Of a stretch of DNA of 64,000 nt, positions 36,258 through 50,231 are shown piece by piece. The notes beneath the pieces were generated by a model that was not told the DNA's origin, did not search any database, and saw nothing but the letters and a program-made list of their open reading frames with translations. How positions within the stretch are numbered: position 1 is the first letter of the stretch; the number at the start of each line of letters is the position of its first letter. Both the position numbers and the translations under genes were made by a program. The stretch comes from Azolla caroliniana (lineage: Eukaryota; Plantae; Polypodiophyta): positions 6,882,001 to 6,946,000 of the forward strand of contig JBHGNT010000018.1 in NCBI GenBank assembly GCA_043228905.1, written 5' to 3'.

Positions 36258-39200
36258 TCAGCATGTCGGATCCATTGTCTTCATCTCAGCCTTTTCCTTC
36301 TGCCCTTTCGGACATTGCTTCGCATTTAATCTGCAAATTGTCAGCAACACGGAGCCGACCGGCTTTGCGTTCGACATGTTGAACCTCTCTAGGATCTTCG
36401 TCACATACTTCTGTTGTGAAAACCATAGCACCTTTCGAGCTCTGTCTCGGGTTATGTGCATTCCTAGGATTTGCTTTGCCGGTCCAAGGTCTTTCATGGC
36501 AAATGATTTGCCGAGAGCTTTCTTCAAGCTTCCAATTTTTCTTGTGTCTTGACTGACTATCAACATATCATCAACATATAGCAAGAGAATTAAGAAATCT
36601 CCTTCTTCGTACCCTTTGACGAACACACAGGGATCGGCCTGTGTTTTCTGGAACCGATGTTCCATCATGAAGAACTCGAATTTGTTGTACGATTGGCGTG
36701 GAACTTGTTTCAGACCGTACAAGCTTTTTCTCAATCGATACACCAGATTCTCTTTCTCTTTTTCCTCAAAGCCTTCGGGTTGCTGCATGTAGATTTCTTC
36801 TTCTAGCTCCCCGTGCAGAAATGCGGTTTTGACATCCAACTGTTCGATCTCCAAATCCATGTTGGCCGCTATGCTCAGAACAGTTCCAATGGATGTCATC
36901 TTCACGTCTGGTGCGAATATTTCGTCAAAGTCAACGCCCTTCCTCTGTTGGAAACCCTTCACCACTATGCGGGCTTTATACCTGGGCTCGTTGTTGACTT
37001 CTCCAGTCTTCACCTTGTAGACCCATTTATTCTTGAGTGCTCTCTTACCTTTCGGTAGCTCTACTAGGTCATAGGTATAATTCGCGTACAAGGATTCCAT
37101 CTCCTCTTGCATCGCGTTCAGCCATTTTTCTCTGCTCTCGTCGGCAATGGCTTCTATATAGCACTCCGGTTCACCGTGATCAATCAAGAGGATGCATTGA
37201 CTGGCATATGTAATCGGTGCCTTCCTTTCTCTGAGTGGGTACCTTCGTCCACTGATTGTTGGCTCTATTTCGGATGTCTCTGCCAACTCTTCTCTTTGCT
37301 CGGGATTCTGCTCATCAATTGGCATCTCCAGGTTGGACAACTCCAACTCATATTCCTCAACTGATTTTAGCAGCTCTGCGACTCTGACTCATAGTCTGTC
37401 GGTCTTTCTGAGTCGACCGACTCAGATTCGGCTCTGTCGGCCAACTGTCTCCTTACAGCTGTCGGTGACAACACATTTGGTCTTAAGTTGATGGTAGTCG
37501 AGGTTGATTGGGGAGTCGGTTCCGACTTCTGTTGCTTCCAGTCTTCAATTGTCTTATCGTCTAGAAAGACTACATCCTGACTTCTCACTACCTTCTTGTC
37601 AACTAGGTCCCATAGCCTGTAGTCGTACTCATCTTCCGAGTATCCCATGAATATGCATGCTTTCGACTTGCTGTCGAGCTTTGACCTCTGATCCTTTGGT
37701 ACATGCATATACGCCAAACATCCGAACACCCTCAGGTGTTGGTAGGAGACATCCTTCCCTATCGACACCCTCTGTGGACATCACCCTTTAGAGGTACTAA
37801 GGGAGACCTGTTGATCAGATAAACAGTTGTGTACATCGCCTCAGCCCAATAGGATTTCGGTAGTTTCGCATGAGAGAGCATGCTCCTCACTCTCTCCATG
37901 ATTGTTTGATTCATCCTCTCTGCAAGCCCGTTCAACTCTAGGGTCTTTGGCACTGTGTATTCGATCCGAATACCTTGGCACTTGCAGTATTCCTTGAACT
38001 ACCCTTTGTACTCGCCACCGTTGTCAGTTCGAACAACCTTCAGTTTCCGACCCGACTCTCTTTTGGTTCTTGCCTGGAACTCCTTGAAAACCGACAATAC
38101 TTGATCCTTCATCTTTAGTACGAAGGCCCATGTCTTCTGAGTATAGTCATCAATGAACGTTACGAAGTACATCCATGTGCACTAGTTCCAGTGCAACTTC
38201 TCTTCTTCTCGGTGGTCTCGAGTGGAATGCCACCCTGTTTTGCTTTCCAGGTAAGCAATCGACACACATCTCTAAGTGAACTCCCTTGACTTCTAGTAGA
38301 AGGTTCTGGTCTACTAACAAGTGCATTCCCTTCTCACTCATGTGGCCTAGCCTCTTATACCATATCTCCCCTGCCGAGTTGGCTGCCACGTTTGCTTCCG
38401 ATTTGCACAGTCGGGCATGCATCATGTACAATGTGCCTTCTTTCTGTGCTCGGGCCACTATAAGATTTCCTCGGCAAAACTTCCACTTGCCATTCTGAAA
38501 ACTACCACTGTAGCCTTCATCATCAAGCCTTCCAGTCGATATCAGATTCAATCTGATATCGGGAACGTGTCAAACATCCTTCCACGTTAGTTGACAACCT
38601 GTGGACGTCGTTAAGCATATAATTCCGACTCCAGTTATCTTGCACTCTCCACTATCACCCATCTTTACATAGTCATGATCCTCGGCTATGTAAGTTGAGA
38701 AGTACTCTCTCGATGGAGTAATGTGAAAGGATGCGTCGGAATCAATCACCCAAGTGCACTCTTTGCTTGCAAGGTTTGCACTTGTCTGTTCACAGATGAA
38801 TAGGAGTTCCTCATTGCTCGTGGCAATGGCCGAAGTGTTCTTTTCATCTGGAATTTTCCGGGGTTCGATGTTATTTCCGACACTCTTGTCTTTTCTCATG
38901 TGTTGGCAGTCTTTCTAGAAGTGTCCAAGTTTCCCAAAATAAAAGCACACAGGCTTACCTCTGGACTTTGATTTGGCGTGGGATTTGCCCGTGCGCTATG
39001 GACTTCTTCTTCGCCAGTCTCTTCCTTTGTCCATGTATTGAGTCAGATTCGACTCCGTTTGGGACAGGACTCCTTTGTCTTTCCTCCTTGCCTCTTCATT
39101 CAGGATGCTTGTCTTCACAATCTGTAAAGACAAGTTGTCTTCTTGACAGGAGGTGTTGAGTGTAACCACCAGCTTTCCGGCAGTGTGCACATCAGCAGGA

Positions 39201-40261
39201 TGGCCTGCATCACATCATTTAGGGGAAACTTGGTCGCAGGAAGTTGATTTACAAACCCCATAAATGTGCTGATGTGTTCGACGATGCTCTCACCGTCTTT
39301 GTACTTCAGCCGTACTATTTCTCTCATTAGCGAGGTTATGTTTAGCACGTTCTTCCTCTCGTACAGACCCGAGTGCTTCTGCCAAATCTCGTGGGCATTC
39401 GTGTCGTTAGCCACATGCTGAAGGACACTTTCATCGATACATTGTCAGATTGTGGCCACCGCCTTCCTATTCAAAAGCTTCCAGTTCGACTCCAATACCC
39501 CCTTGGGTATTTCTGCTTTGTCGACTGGCTCGTACAGGTCTTTTACTATGAGAAGGTCTTCCATCTTAATCTTCTAGTCTGCATAGTTCTGAGAGTTTAG
39601 AACTATCATACCTGGGAATCCGCTAACACCTCCTTCCATACTTGCACCTCAAGCTCTGATGTACCAGTTTGTTGAGAAATCGTTGTGGAATAAATCACAA
39701 TAGACAAATAATGCACTGCAATACGAATCACATAGAAATGCCAGAAATAACAAAGACAAGATAAACAACAGATGTACACAAAGATTTATGTGGAAACCCT
39801 TAGACGGGAAAAACCACGGGAGAACAGAATTTTCACTATAGACAGTGGATATACAAAACACCGAGAGAAATACAACGCTCTGTCGAGTGTATTAGCCACA
39901 CAGGGCTCTTCGTGTCTGTTGTTACTCACACAGTTATGGTGCGGCTCACACACTCTCTCTCTCTCTCACTCACTCCTACACACTACAACTTCTGTTTCTA
40001 CTCTGTTCGTCACATTGTTAAAGTTTGCCCTAGTTGCGTATATACTTACATAACTTTCTGGTTATTTACATACGTAGCCCTCATGGGGCGCACACAGTTA
40101 GACTATTTACAATTATAGTCTCCCAAGTTGGCTATATACACGTTTCTGGTTTCAGCCTCGGCCGAGTTCCTCATCAACTCGACTCCTGTTTTCCGACTCT
40201 TCGACTGTCGGCTTTCTAAACAATCGGATCATCCTCCCACTAGAGGGACATATTCCCAACA
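36258..40261 (-). mobile_element. 3'-truncated Tnt1-like Ty1/copia (5' LTR 39670-40261; gag, PR, INT, RT)
   Basis: PBS TGGTACATCAGAGC(-) near 39653-39666; WVIDSDASFH, LELVHMDV, YKARIVVKGF, YVDDML; RNase H and 3' LTR missing. Confidence 0.88.
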
Positions 40262-42279
40262 AGGAGAACTAGGCGGGTGCGTTGACAAGTACACACACCA
40301 ATAGCAAGATGTTGTACACGGAGGGAGATAGGCCCCGTAGTCGTGGCGGACGAGGCGAGTCGGTGTGCAATGAAGGCAGCCGACGGGATCAAGGAAGAAG
40401 GCACCAAAGTGATGTCAACAGCAATTCCGGACCCTCCGGAAACTGGGGGAGTCGAAGCGACAAGAACCGGCAAGGGAAACCCGTCGTGAAATTCTGGTAC
40501 TGTGGCAAGAGAGGCCACAAGGAGAGGGAGTGTTGAAGAAGCGCGCCGATTCAGAGAAAACTGGATCCGGATCCGGACAAACCGACAAAGGAAATCGGCA
40601 GTGATCGCACTATGCCGAAGGATCCGAAAAGGTCGGAAAGAGGGCAGCCTTCGTGACCAGACACGAAGCGAACTTGATGAAGAAAACCACCCCAAAATCG
40701 GATGAGGTGTGGTAGGTTGACTCTGGTGCGTCAAATCATACGACGAGCCATAAGGAGTGGTTCTCATACCTTGAGAAACCAATGCAACCGGGAGTAGTCG
40801 CAATAGGAGACAACACTCTGCATCCAATCAAGAATGTCGGTGAAGTTCCCCTGAGCCATGTCGGGTAGAAAAGGGAAACTCATGAACATGTTACACGTCC
40901 TAACAATCATGAAGAATCTGGTGTCTGTCGGGCAGATCATACCAGGGGATGCAAGTCCGCTTCATGCATCTCGGGTGCTTCATCGAGGAGGAGGGCCAAG
41001 TTATTGCGCAAGGGCGCAGAGATGGGAGGATGTTTATACTCGACACCAATGTCGTTGGCACCGCAACGTTCACAAAAGGACAAAAAGTCGAGTCGGATAT
41101 CGACTACTGGCACAAGAGGATAGGCCACGTCAACTATCAAAGGCTTCAAGACTTGCAATCGAAACAAGTTGTGTTCAGATTGCCAAGACTTGCACACGTG
41201 GATCTATATCATTGAAAAGAGGAGTGAAGTCTTCGACTGTTTCCAGGACCTCGAAAGCTTCGTAGAAAGGGAAACAGGGAGAAAGATCAAGTGACTACAG
41301 TCGGATGGCGGAAGAGAGTACTTTTCCGGCCAATTCAATAGTTATCTGCAACAAATGGGAATTCGGCACGAATTCAGTTGCAGGTATACACCGGAGCAAA
41401 ATGGGGTAGCCAAAAGGAAAAATCGTTCGGTTGTGGAAGCAGCGCGGGCAATGCTGGAAGAAACGAGCTTGCCCAAGTTCTATTGGGCCGAAGCGGTACG
41501 CACTGCAGTGTACATCCAAAATCGGATCGGAGACAAAGTGTCAGCGCATGAGCTGTATTTCGGAAGAAAGCCAAATCTACGACACTTGAGAGTCTTCGGT
41601 AGCATTGCGTATGTGCATGTGCAAAAACGGAGGAAGTTGGACGCAAAAGCCGAGAAGTGTATCTTGGTCGGCTATTCAGACAAACAGAAAGGTTATAAGT
41701 GTTATAACCCCCGAACCAAACAAGCTCGCGTGACCTGCAATGTTGTGTTTGACGAGTCCGCATCCTAGTACTTGCCTCCGACTCCGGACCTCGACTCCAA
41801 CTCCGAATCTCCAGACCCGAGTTTTGACGATGAGGTGAGCGAGGCTGAAATGCCTCCAGATGACCAAGAAATCAAGACCCTCCATGAGAGTCTGATTTCA
41901 TTTCAGCTAAGTGGACCGAACGAGTGACTGGGTTGGATTGACCAATCCGAAGAAGAGCCGATGAGTAGTGGAGACTCTGTCGTGCATTCCCCACGCAGGA
42001 AGCCGAAGAGACGGTTTACGCGTAAGGAAAAAGGGAAGAAGAAGATGCCAGAGTAGGGCACAAATAAGGGTGAGTCGGATCAACGCGAATCCGACTCCAA
42101 GAAGAGCGATGACGGGCCTTCGAGAGCGAAGTTCGCGTCAACCAAGAAAGCCTCAACATTGGCTAATGAGCAGTTACGCCGATCTACACGCCAGAAGAAC
42201 CCTGTTCTGCGGTTTGGATACAACGAGTACATGGTGATGAGAAATCAATGCGGAATAGATCACAATAAACGAACTACGT

Positions 42280-43355
42280 TGTCGTGAAGATTTTCGGCAA
42301 TGGTGTGAAAATCACATAAGACGTACAAAATGAAGTGTCAATCATATAAAACAATAATAGTGAATATACTAATTCTAAGTAAGTTTAATATCTTAGTACA
42401 AAAGACGAAGATCTTGAAGAGATGCACTTTACTACATAAGAAACAGACATCTAAGTGTCAACTTATGTGGGTAAGAAGTTGCGAAAGAAAAAGAGAAAAT
42501 TGTGAGATATCCCACATAGACAGGACGAATAAGGCTCTCACCATATATAAGGTAGAGCAAAAGTTATTATCTTTGTGTTTATGTGTGGAGCATAGAGAGT
42601 TCAAGGTAACTTGAACTAAGAGTGGAGGTGGCCTAGCCACTCGTAAAGGTTTTGGCCAACCAAAATGGAACTGGACGGTAACCGGTGATCTGACGGGCCC
42701 GGCGACCGGCGAGGCGGCAACCGATGGAAACCACCTCCGATATCCGACGGCAACGGCTTCCAGCAACCAAATTACTAAATATATATATATATATATATAT
42801 CACATATATATACACGAGGACAAGTGAGGATTCAAACCTTGCACCTCCTAGTTAAGAATCAATAGGCTTACCACTGAGCCATGACATTTAGTTGAACTTA
42901 TATTTCTATAATTGTACTTTTACATGTAAATTCTCATACATGAGAGCTAAATTGAGTGACATGGTTACCATGCATCACATGTAATACATGAGCGCCAAAT
43001 GGCAAACATGCATTTTATGCATGTCTTGTACCCTCACATGCATTATATGCATGAGAGCATCTATAAAAGAAGGGATGCAAAAGAAGAAGGGTTAGGCTCT
43101 TTTGGTGACGAAATTAAGAAAAAGAAAATTTGTTATCGAATTGATCATGTAACTTGTTTCTTAAATCTAAAGTTAAAAGTTCAATCAATCTCTCTCAATC
43201 TAAAATCAAGCGTTCTATCTTATCTCAATCCCTCTCTCTTTTAATCTATCTTAAATACTTTCTCTCTAAAGCTTGTGCGAACTTTGAATCCTTCTGGTCG
43301 AGAACCCCGGCGGTTCCGCCTCACGATCCGCGCCTAGTGACAGATCTTCATGACA
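42280..43355 (+). mobile_element. Gypsy solo LTR
   Basis: TGTCGTGAAGAT...ATCTTCATGACA; 4-bp TSD ACGT (42276-79/43356-59); CTATAAAAG at 43061; 3' end resembles 16085-16135. Confidence 0.88.
42825..42881 (-). promoter_or_regulatory. tRNA-like A/B-box module in LTR U3 (antisense); Lys(CTT)-like anticodon region
   Basis: TGGCTCAGTGGTAAGC..TTCTTAA..GGAGGTGCAAGGTTTGAATCC; consensus A box; 45-nt spacing. Confidence 0.75.
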
Positions 43356-45453
43356 ACGTGCTGAAATATGAATTCACCCAAAAAATGGCAAAAAGACAAG
43401 ATAAACAAGAATGCACACAGAGATTTACGTGGAAACCCTAAAACAGGGAAAACCACGGGAATAGATTCTTCACTATACATATAATGGATACACAATAGCG
43501 AGAAGATTACAACACTCTCTCACGAGTGCATCAGCCGAACAAGGCTCTTCGTGTCTGCTGTTACACACAGCTATGGCGCGACTCTTCCTTCTCTCACACA
43601 CTCTCTCTCTCTCTACACAGTTCTGTACATACAAACTTCTGTTCTTCACTGTTCTACTACATTAAAGTTTGCCCTAGTTACATATATACTTACGCAACTT
43701 TTCTAGCTATTTACATACGTAGCCCTCATGGGGCGCACACATAGACTATTTACAAATATAGTCCCTCATCAACTCGGCTCCTCGATTGTCGGTTTTCCGG
43801 ACGGTCGGATCTTCGTCCCACTGGAGGGACATATGGACTTTGAGAAGAGCGATGGCGGGCCTTCGAGAGCAAAGTTCGTGTCAACCAAGAAAGCCTCAAC
43901 ATCGACTAATGAGCAGTTACACCAATCTACCCGCTAGAAGAACCCTATTGTGCGGTTCGGATACAACGAGTACATGGCGCATCACTATGCGTACATGACG
44001 CATGTAGCAAAAGTGCGTGAGTCGAAGAGCTACACAAAAGCGGCGAAAGACACAAATTGGCGTGCCACAATGGAGGAAGAGATGCGTGCATTGGTAAAGA
44101 ATGAAACCTTGGATTTGGTTGATGCACCGAATGGTGTGAAGCCGATCGGATGTAGGTGGGTGTACAAGATCAAGTACAAAATCGACGGCTCCGTCAACCG
44201 ATACAAGGCCTGATTAGTAGCAAAAGGGTACGTGCAACAACACGGCATCGACTACGATGAGACATTTGTGTCGGTCGCAAAGATGTCGACCGTCCGTGTT
44301 TTTCTTGCGGTAGCTGCGGCGAAGGGGTGGCATTTACATCAGATGGATGTCAAGAATGCGTTCCTACAAGGCGAGCTTGAGGAACAAGTGTACATGGTAC
44401 AGCCCCCCAGATTTCCCTCCGGAATGAAAGCAAACCCTGCGTGGTTGGAACGCAAAAATCACGTAGTGTTTGCATCGGATGGGTTTTCCGACGTCCAGAT
44501 CGGATTCTTCATTGTTCATTCAGCAAGGTCAACTTGGGCCAGTTAATATTTTATTTTATGTTGATGACTTGGTCATCACCAGCGCCGACCTTGGTGAAAT
44601 CGAACTTGAGGAGGAGGAAGGAAGACGAACAGGAACAAGAGCGTGAAAGGAGCGGAGTTGGTCATTGCAGTGGAAGTGACCGTGACGCGGAATCGACTGA
44701 AGAAGCCGTAGAAAAGAGCAAGGGCCATAACCATAGGGAAGAGCCGAGGATAGCCGAATCAGGGGGAGATACAGCCAACAAGGGCGTAAAGGCCAAGACC
44801 AAGACCAAGACGTGGTCTGATGTAGTCAAAGGCCTAAAGATAGGAGACGAATTGGAGACAACCAATTCGGATGAGAGCGGAATTGAATCAGAAGTGTTCG
44901 ACTCAATCGGAATGTTCGATTCGGATACGCCGAATGAAGTGAATGCCATGCCAAGAAGAGGGCAGCAAAGGACTCACCGACACCAGGACAACAAGGGAGT
45001 TGAGAAGGGCTGAATGAGCAGACAAGCCGACCGGAAGGGTCGAGGCGCGTAGAATCGAACAGGACGAGGAGCGCGAACGAGGTGTGAAGCTAGAAGAAAC
45101 CGGAGTGGTGATCTGGAAGAACCTAAAGAGCCTCGAGTTGAGCTTGAGGGGGAGTGTTGAGATACAAGCTCAACATTGGCCGAATCGGCTGTGCAACCCA
45201 AGAACCGGAACGGTTGGGACTGATCAGTTAGGACGAACCGGTGCGTAAATCGGGTGCGTAAACTAGTGCGCAAACCGGTGCGCAACAATAAGCCATAGCG
45301 GTGGGTAAACCGCGAGGTCGTTGGAAAGATATTCCGCGTATGAGCATTGAAGTACGTGTCAGTACTTCTGTTAGTCCGTATGGACTTGTATAAAAGTGGT
45401 CACTGAGCACATCCTATGTACAAATTGAGTATTATTATTTTGAATACAGTTGT

Positions 45454-45509
<56 letters not shown>

Positions 45510-45718
45510 CTGCGTACTGTGTGTGTGTCCAAGCTCTCCATTAAACCTGTGTTTTCTTACGTTCTATTTTCTGTTGCTTCCGCACGTTGTTCTTTTTACA
45601 GATACCCAAGGCCCCCAAGCAAGTTCACACCTGGCCTAATGGGTTGTCTCAATCCCCAGGATTACATGTAATCCTCCCCTTCTTTACACTGTCGTTTAAC
45701 CCTCACACTTATCTATGT

Positions 45719-46707
45719 TGTCGTAGTGTAATTCGCACACTACGTGAAATATGTAACAAATATATCTGATTGTAGTACGCATAAATAAATAAATAAAAAT
45801 ATTAAAAATATTGTTACATGCATAGGGCAAGATTCGAACCCTGTACCTCCATGTTAACGATTTTAAACCTTACCACTATACTAGCATATTATGCGTTTTA
45901 ATAAAAATTATACTAAACTTTATCCCATCTAAATATTCTAGATAAGCATGATAGAAAAAGTTATTCATGCATACACACTCGAGTGAAAAGAAAAGATGTG
46001 ATAGATAGCTAATCATGCACATGTAGTGTGCATGAAAACTAAAGTTAGAAAAAGCATGATGCTTGCATGTGATAAACTTAGACTCTTCCATCACTATATA
46101 AGGAAGAGAGAAAGATGTATATGGTTGTTGATTTTTTATCAAGATCGATGAATATAAAATATTCGTGGGATTCATGATTTTTCCATGTATTTCTCTCTTA
46201 TAATCTAAGTATCAATTAATACACTATACTCGTGGGATTCACGATTTTCATATCTTCTTCTTGCAATCTCTTCCTAACTAAATTATCTCATATTCTTCTT
46301 TCTCCTAGTCCAAAACCCAAGCGGTTCACATCCGACTCACGCAAACAATCTGACACCGAAAGGCACGACACAAGTGTTAAACCTGACATGAAACCTGGGT
46401 GGCAAGGAGATGGAAAATCAACCGGAAACTAACAACATGATAATGATATTCGAGCGGATGCTACAAGAACAACACGCGATGTCAGAGATTGCAGTAGCAG
46501 TAGAGCGGCTCGTGCAACAGAACGGGCAATTCAACGGGAAGGATGTGTCGCAATATTTGCGGGATTACAAGGCGAAAATGCTACAGTTCGGAATATCGGA
46601 TGGATTACAGGTGACATCCTTCAATCGGGTGACTACGGATGGGCTTCAAGGGAGTATCCACGGGATACGACAACAAAATCCGACGTGGGAAGCATTTGAA
46701 GAAGCGT
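45719..46707 (+). mobile_element. Truncated non-chromovirus gypsy: 5' LTR 45719-46370, degenerate Trp PBS, gag start
   Basis: TGTCGTAG...GCACGACA; TATATAAG near 46095; TGTTAAACCTGACATGAA after the LTR; gag GQFNGKDVSQYLRDY, similar to the gag at 16206. Confidence 0.8.
45827..45883 (-). promoter_or_regulatory. tRNA-like A/B-box module in LTR U3 (antisense)
   Basis: TAGTATAGTGGTAAG..GGAGGTACAGGGTTCGAATC; near-consensus B box; 45-nt spacing. Confidence 0.75.
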
Positions 46708-47537
46708 TGTCGAGAAGATTCGCGCGTGTATGTGCTACTCGAGCGACCACCGGGGTCTTAGACTGGGGAGGACGTTCGCGGAATTATCGAAGAGATGACG
46801 ATCAATGTAAGATTCGATGAAATTGGTTCACTTGAGAAGAAGAAATATTGTACATTGGAGAATTAGAAAAATATGAAGAAGATAAAGACGAATATAATTA
46901 TATTGATGACAGTGGTGTTGGTGATATCACATTTTGAGCCCCCCTTTACACAAGCTCCACTAGGGTTTTTATAGCTCTCTTCATGCACAAAACCATGGGT
47001 TTAGAACCATGGTTTTGTGCACATGGTTTTCTATGGTTGTTTTGTCTATAATTCGTATATGAAAAGGAAATACATAAAATCTACACTATATGATAGTTGT
47101 CCTAGTGGTAAGGATCTTGTATCGTAAAGGTGCAAGGTTCAAACCTTGCTTGCACTCCTCTGTATGAACTCAAGTGCCATTAGGCCTTAGTCTTATTTGC
47201 TAAGTATATGTGCAATGTTGCACATCCTTGGTTTATTCGTCTCACTCGGTTTCACACCATAGCCAAAAATCGTCACGACATCCACCCCCACCAAACCCGC
47301 ACATCCTCCGGTATGTGCCGAGAAAGGTGAAGCGTGAGATCTTTGGCAATGGTGATCAAACGACGATCAATGTAAGATTGGATGAAATTTGTTCACTTGA
47401 GAAGAAGAAAGATTGTACACTTGAGAATTAGAAAAATATGAAGAAGATAAAGACGAATATACTTATATTGATGATAGTGGTGTTGGTGATATCACATATT
47501 GAACCCCCCTTTACACAAGCTCCAGTAGGGTTTTTAT
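46708..47537 (-). mobile_element. Gypsy LTR 46708-47280 (3' LTR preceded by a purine tract) plus a partial second LTR copy about 47360-47537
   Basis: TGTCG...CGACA ends; GGTGGGGGTGGA(-) abuts 47280; 47360-47537 repeats about 46797-46972. Confidence 0.75.
47098..47149 (+). promoter_or_regulatory. tRNA-like A/B-box module in LTR U3 (antisense to the LTR)
   Basis: TGTCCTAGTGGTAAGG..AAAGGTGCAAGGTTCAAACCTTGC; spacing 40 nt; GCAAGG/CCTTGC hairpin. Confidence 0.65.
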
Positions 47538-47749
47538 CCCGGGGGCTCACACTGTCAAAACTTGTATGATAGCACGTGAGTTCATCAAAAGGGGTTTAAA
47601 TTAGTCACTGAGATACAGAATGTATATATATATAAGGGTATTAATAAATATTTTGAAAATATATTTACATAAGGGTATTATCAATTATGTTTGAAAAAAA
47701 AAATTATATAAGCCCATGAAATATTAGATATGTCATGAGATAGTAAAGA

Positions 47750-49169
47750 ATATATTATGCATACATATTTACCTACATTCAAACATTACATCCATGAATA
47801 TATATGTACATACATTACACCCATTTATACATGCATATTGACTAAACATAGATATATGTACAAATATATATTACCATATGTAAATATGTACATACACATA
47901 TATACATACATTACATACTACATACATATTAGAATCAGCCATATATATTGACATACATATATACATAATACATACATAAAAATGACATATTACATATATA
48001 CATACACATTCTTCCAAACATATTTTATATATTATATATTACACACATATATTGTTATACACAATTTATACAAATGCATATATACATTCCAACACAAAAA
48101 AATAAATTACATATTATATACATACACATACACATACATAAATTAATACATGAGATTACTTATTACATGTACATACAAATCTTCATACATGCAAACACGT
48201 TACACATATATGCATATATGCACATAAATAAATTAGATATTGCATATCATATAATCCATATTTATTACACGATATACAAATTTACAGACATAATTTACAT
48301 ATATAAATTTACATATATATAGATACATATGTATAGATATATTACATATATACAAACATACACACACATTAGATATATGTATACTTACACATACATCGGA
48401 TATATACATGCATATTATGTACATATTAGAAACATACATCCATATATGAGCCATGTACATACAAAACATGAAAAATATCCCAAAAATATACATACATAAA
48501 TACATTACATATATACACATCCATACATTCGTACACGTACATACATATCACCATATACACACACATATAGATACACATACATTAGATATATACATATGTA
48601 TTATGCACATATTAGAAAGACATCCATGCACATTGAATCATGAATATTGACATATACATATATGCATACACATACATACATATCACCATATATATACGTA
48701 CATATGCCTACAATGTTATAAGTTTTACAAACATACATCCATACACATATATACATCCATTACATACATGCATACACATACATATGTTACATTTGTATAT
48801 TACGTAGACATACATATCATCACAAACTACAATGTACATATATACATACATATTACGAACAAACATCCACACACACACGTATGCATGCATGTATGCATAC
48901 ACATACAAACATACATACATTACATATTACATATACACACATATGTACATTCATACATGTACTTACATATATTCATACACACTACAATAGTACGTATATG
49001 CATACACATACATACATAAATACATTACATATGCATGTATGCATACACATACATACATTGCATATGCATATATGCATACACATATGTACATTCGTACGTA
49101 CATGGACATACATAATATTCCTTTATACATTGCTACATATACATACACATGCATACATTATATATATAT

Positions 49170-49200
<31 letters not shown>

Positions 49201-50231
49201 TAGATATTATGCACATATTACAATCACACATCCATACACATTGAATCATGTACATTTAAATATGCATGTATACATATACACACGCGCGCGCATACAAACA
49301 TACATTACATATGCATATACATATGTACATTCGTACATGGACATAAACATACATACATTAGATATACATATATACATGCATGCATGTATACATTAGATAT
49401 ACATATATACATGCATGCATGCATACATTAAATATATACATACATATTACAAACAAACATCCATACACACATGTATGCATATAGGCATACACATACAAAC
49501 ATACATACATTACATATTACATATATACACATATGTACATACATATATTCATTCACATGTGCACATGTATAAAATACCTAAAACATCCTATTACATTCTA
49601 TCATCCATTTACCTAGAAAACATCTCCAGGAATCCATTTCAATTGGAGATGTATCTTTACAATTGTCCCTTGCTTCACATCTATATGTATTGTGTTGTAT
49701 ATATGTGCACGTGGATGATCGAATGTAATATTTCTATACATATGCACATGTATAGTACACACACATATAACATGTAGATACGTACACACACATAATACGT
49801 ACGCACATGCCATACATACAAATTTACAATACATACACATGCACATATATAGAACATACACACACACACACACATAGATACATTATACATACTCACATGC
49901 CATACATACAATATATACAACACATGCAATTCAATACATACATACATATACACATGCCATACATACAATGCATATATACAATAATGCATTTAATACAATA
50001 CGATACAATGCAATACAATATGTACATACATGCATACACACATCCATATGTAGACACAACACATACATATATATGCATGCAATACAATACATGTGCATAT
50101 ATATAGAACACATACGCACATGCTATACATACAATGCATACTTAAGCACATGTATAGAATATAAACACACACACACACACATAACACATACATACAACCC
50201 CAAAACAAATTCGACATAACACATACATACA
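47750..50231. repeat. (CATA/TACA)n degenerate low-complexity tract (also 52221-52590, 54770-54915, 55490-55680); (GATA)n at about 49170-49205
   Basis: Direct inspection; the His/Ile/Tyr/Thr-rich ORFs here are artefacts. Confidence 0.9.

Larger units (their letters stand above)
42235..43835 (-). mobile_element. Solo-LTR-like copy of the 39670-40261 LTR family, itself interrupted
   Basis: Collinear similarity to 39670-40253 (GTGGAAACCCT..GGGAAAA.CCACGGGA, AAAGTTTGCCCTAG, CGTAGCCCTCATGGGGCGCACAC). Confidence 0.8.
35129..45600 (+). mobile_element. Decayed Ty1/copia with LTRs 35129-35579 and 45155-45600; RNase H deleted; hosts further insertions
   Basis: TSD AATAC/GATAC; degenerate PBS CGATATCAGAGC; gag EKLDKNNYASWSYKM, protease VDSGASNH, integrase, partial RT (43950-44600). 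Confidence 0.88.
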
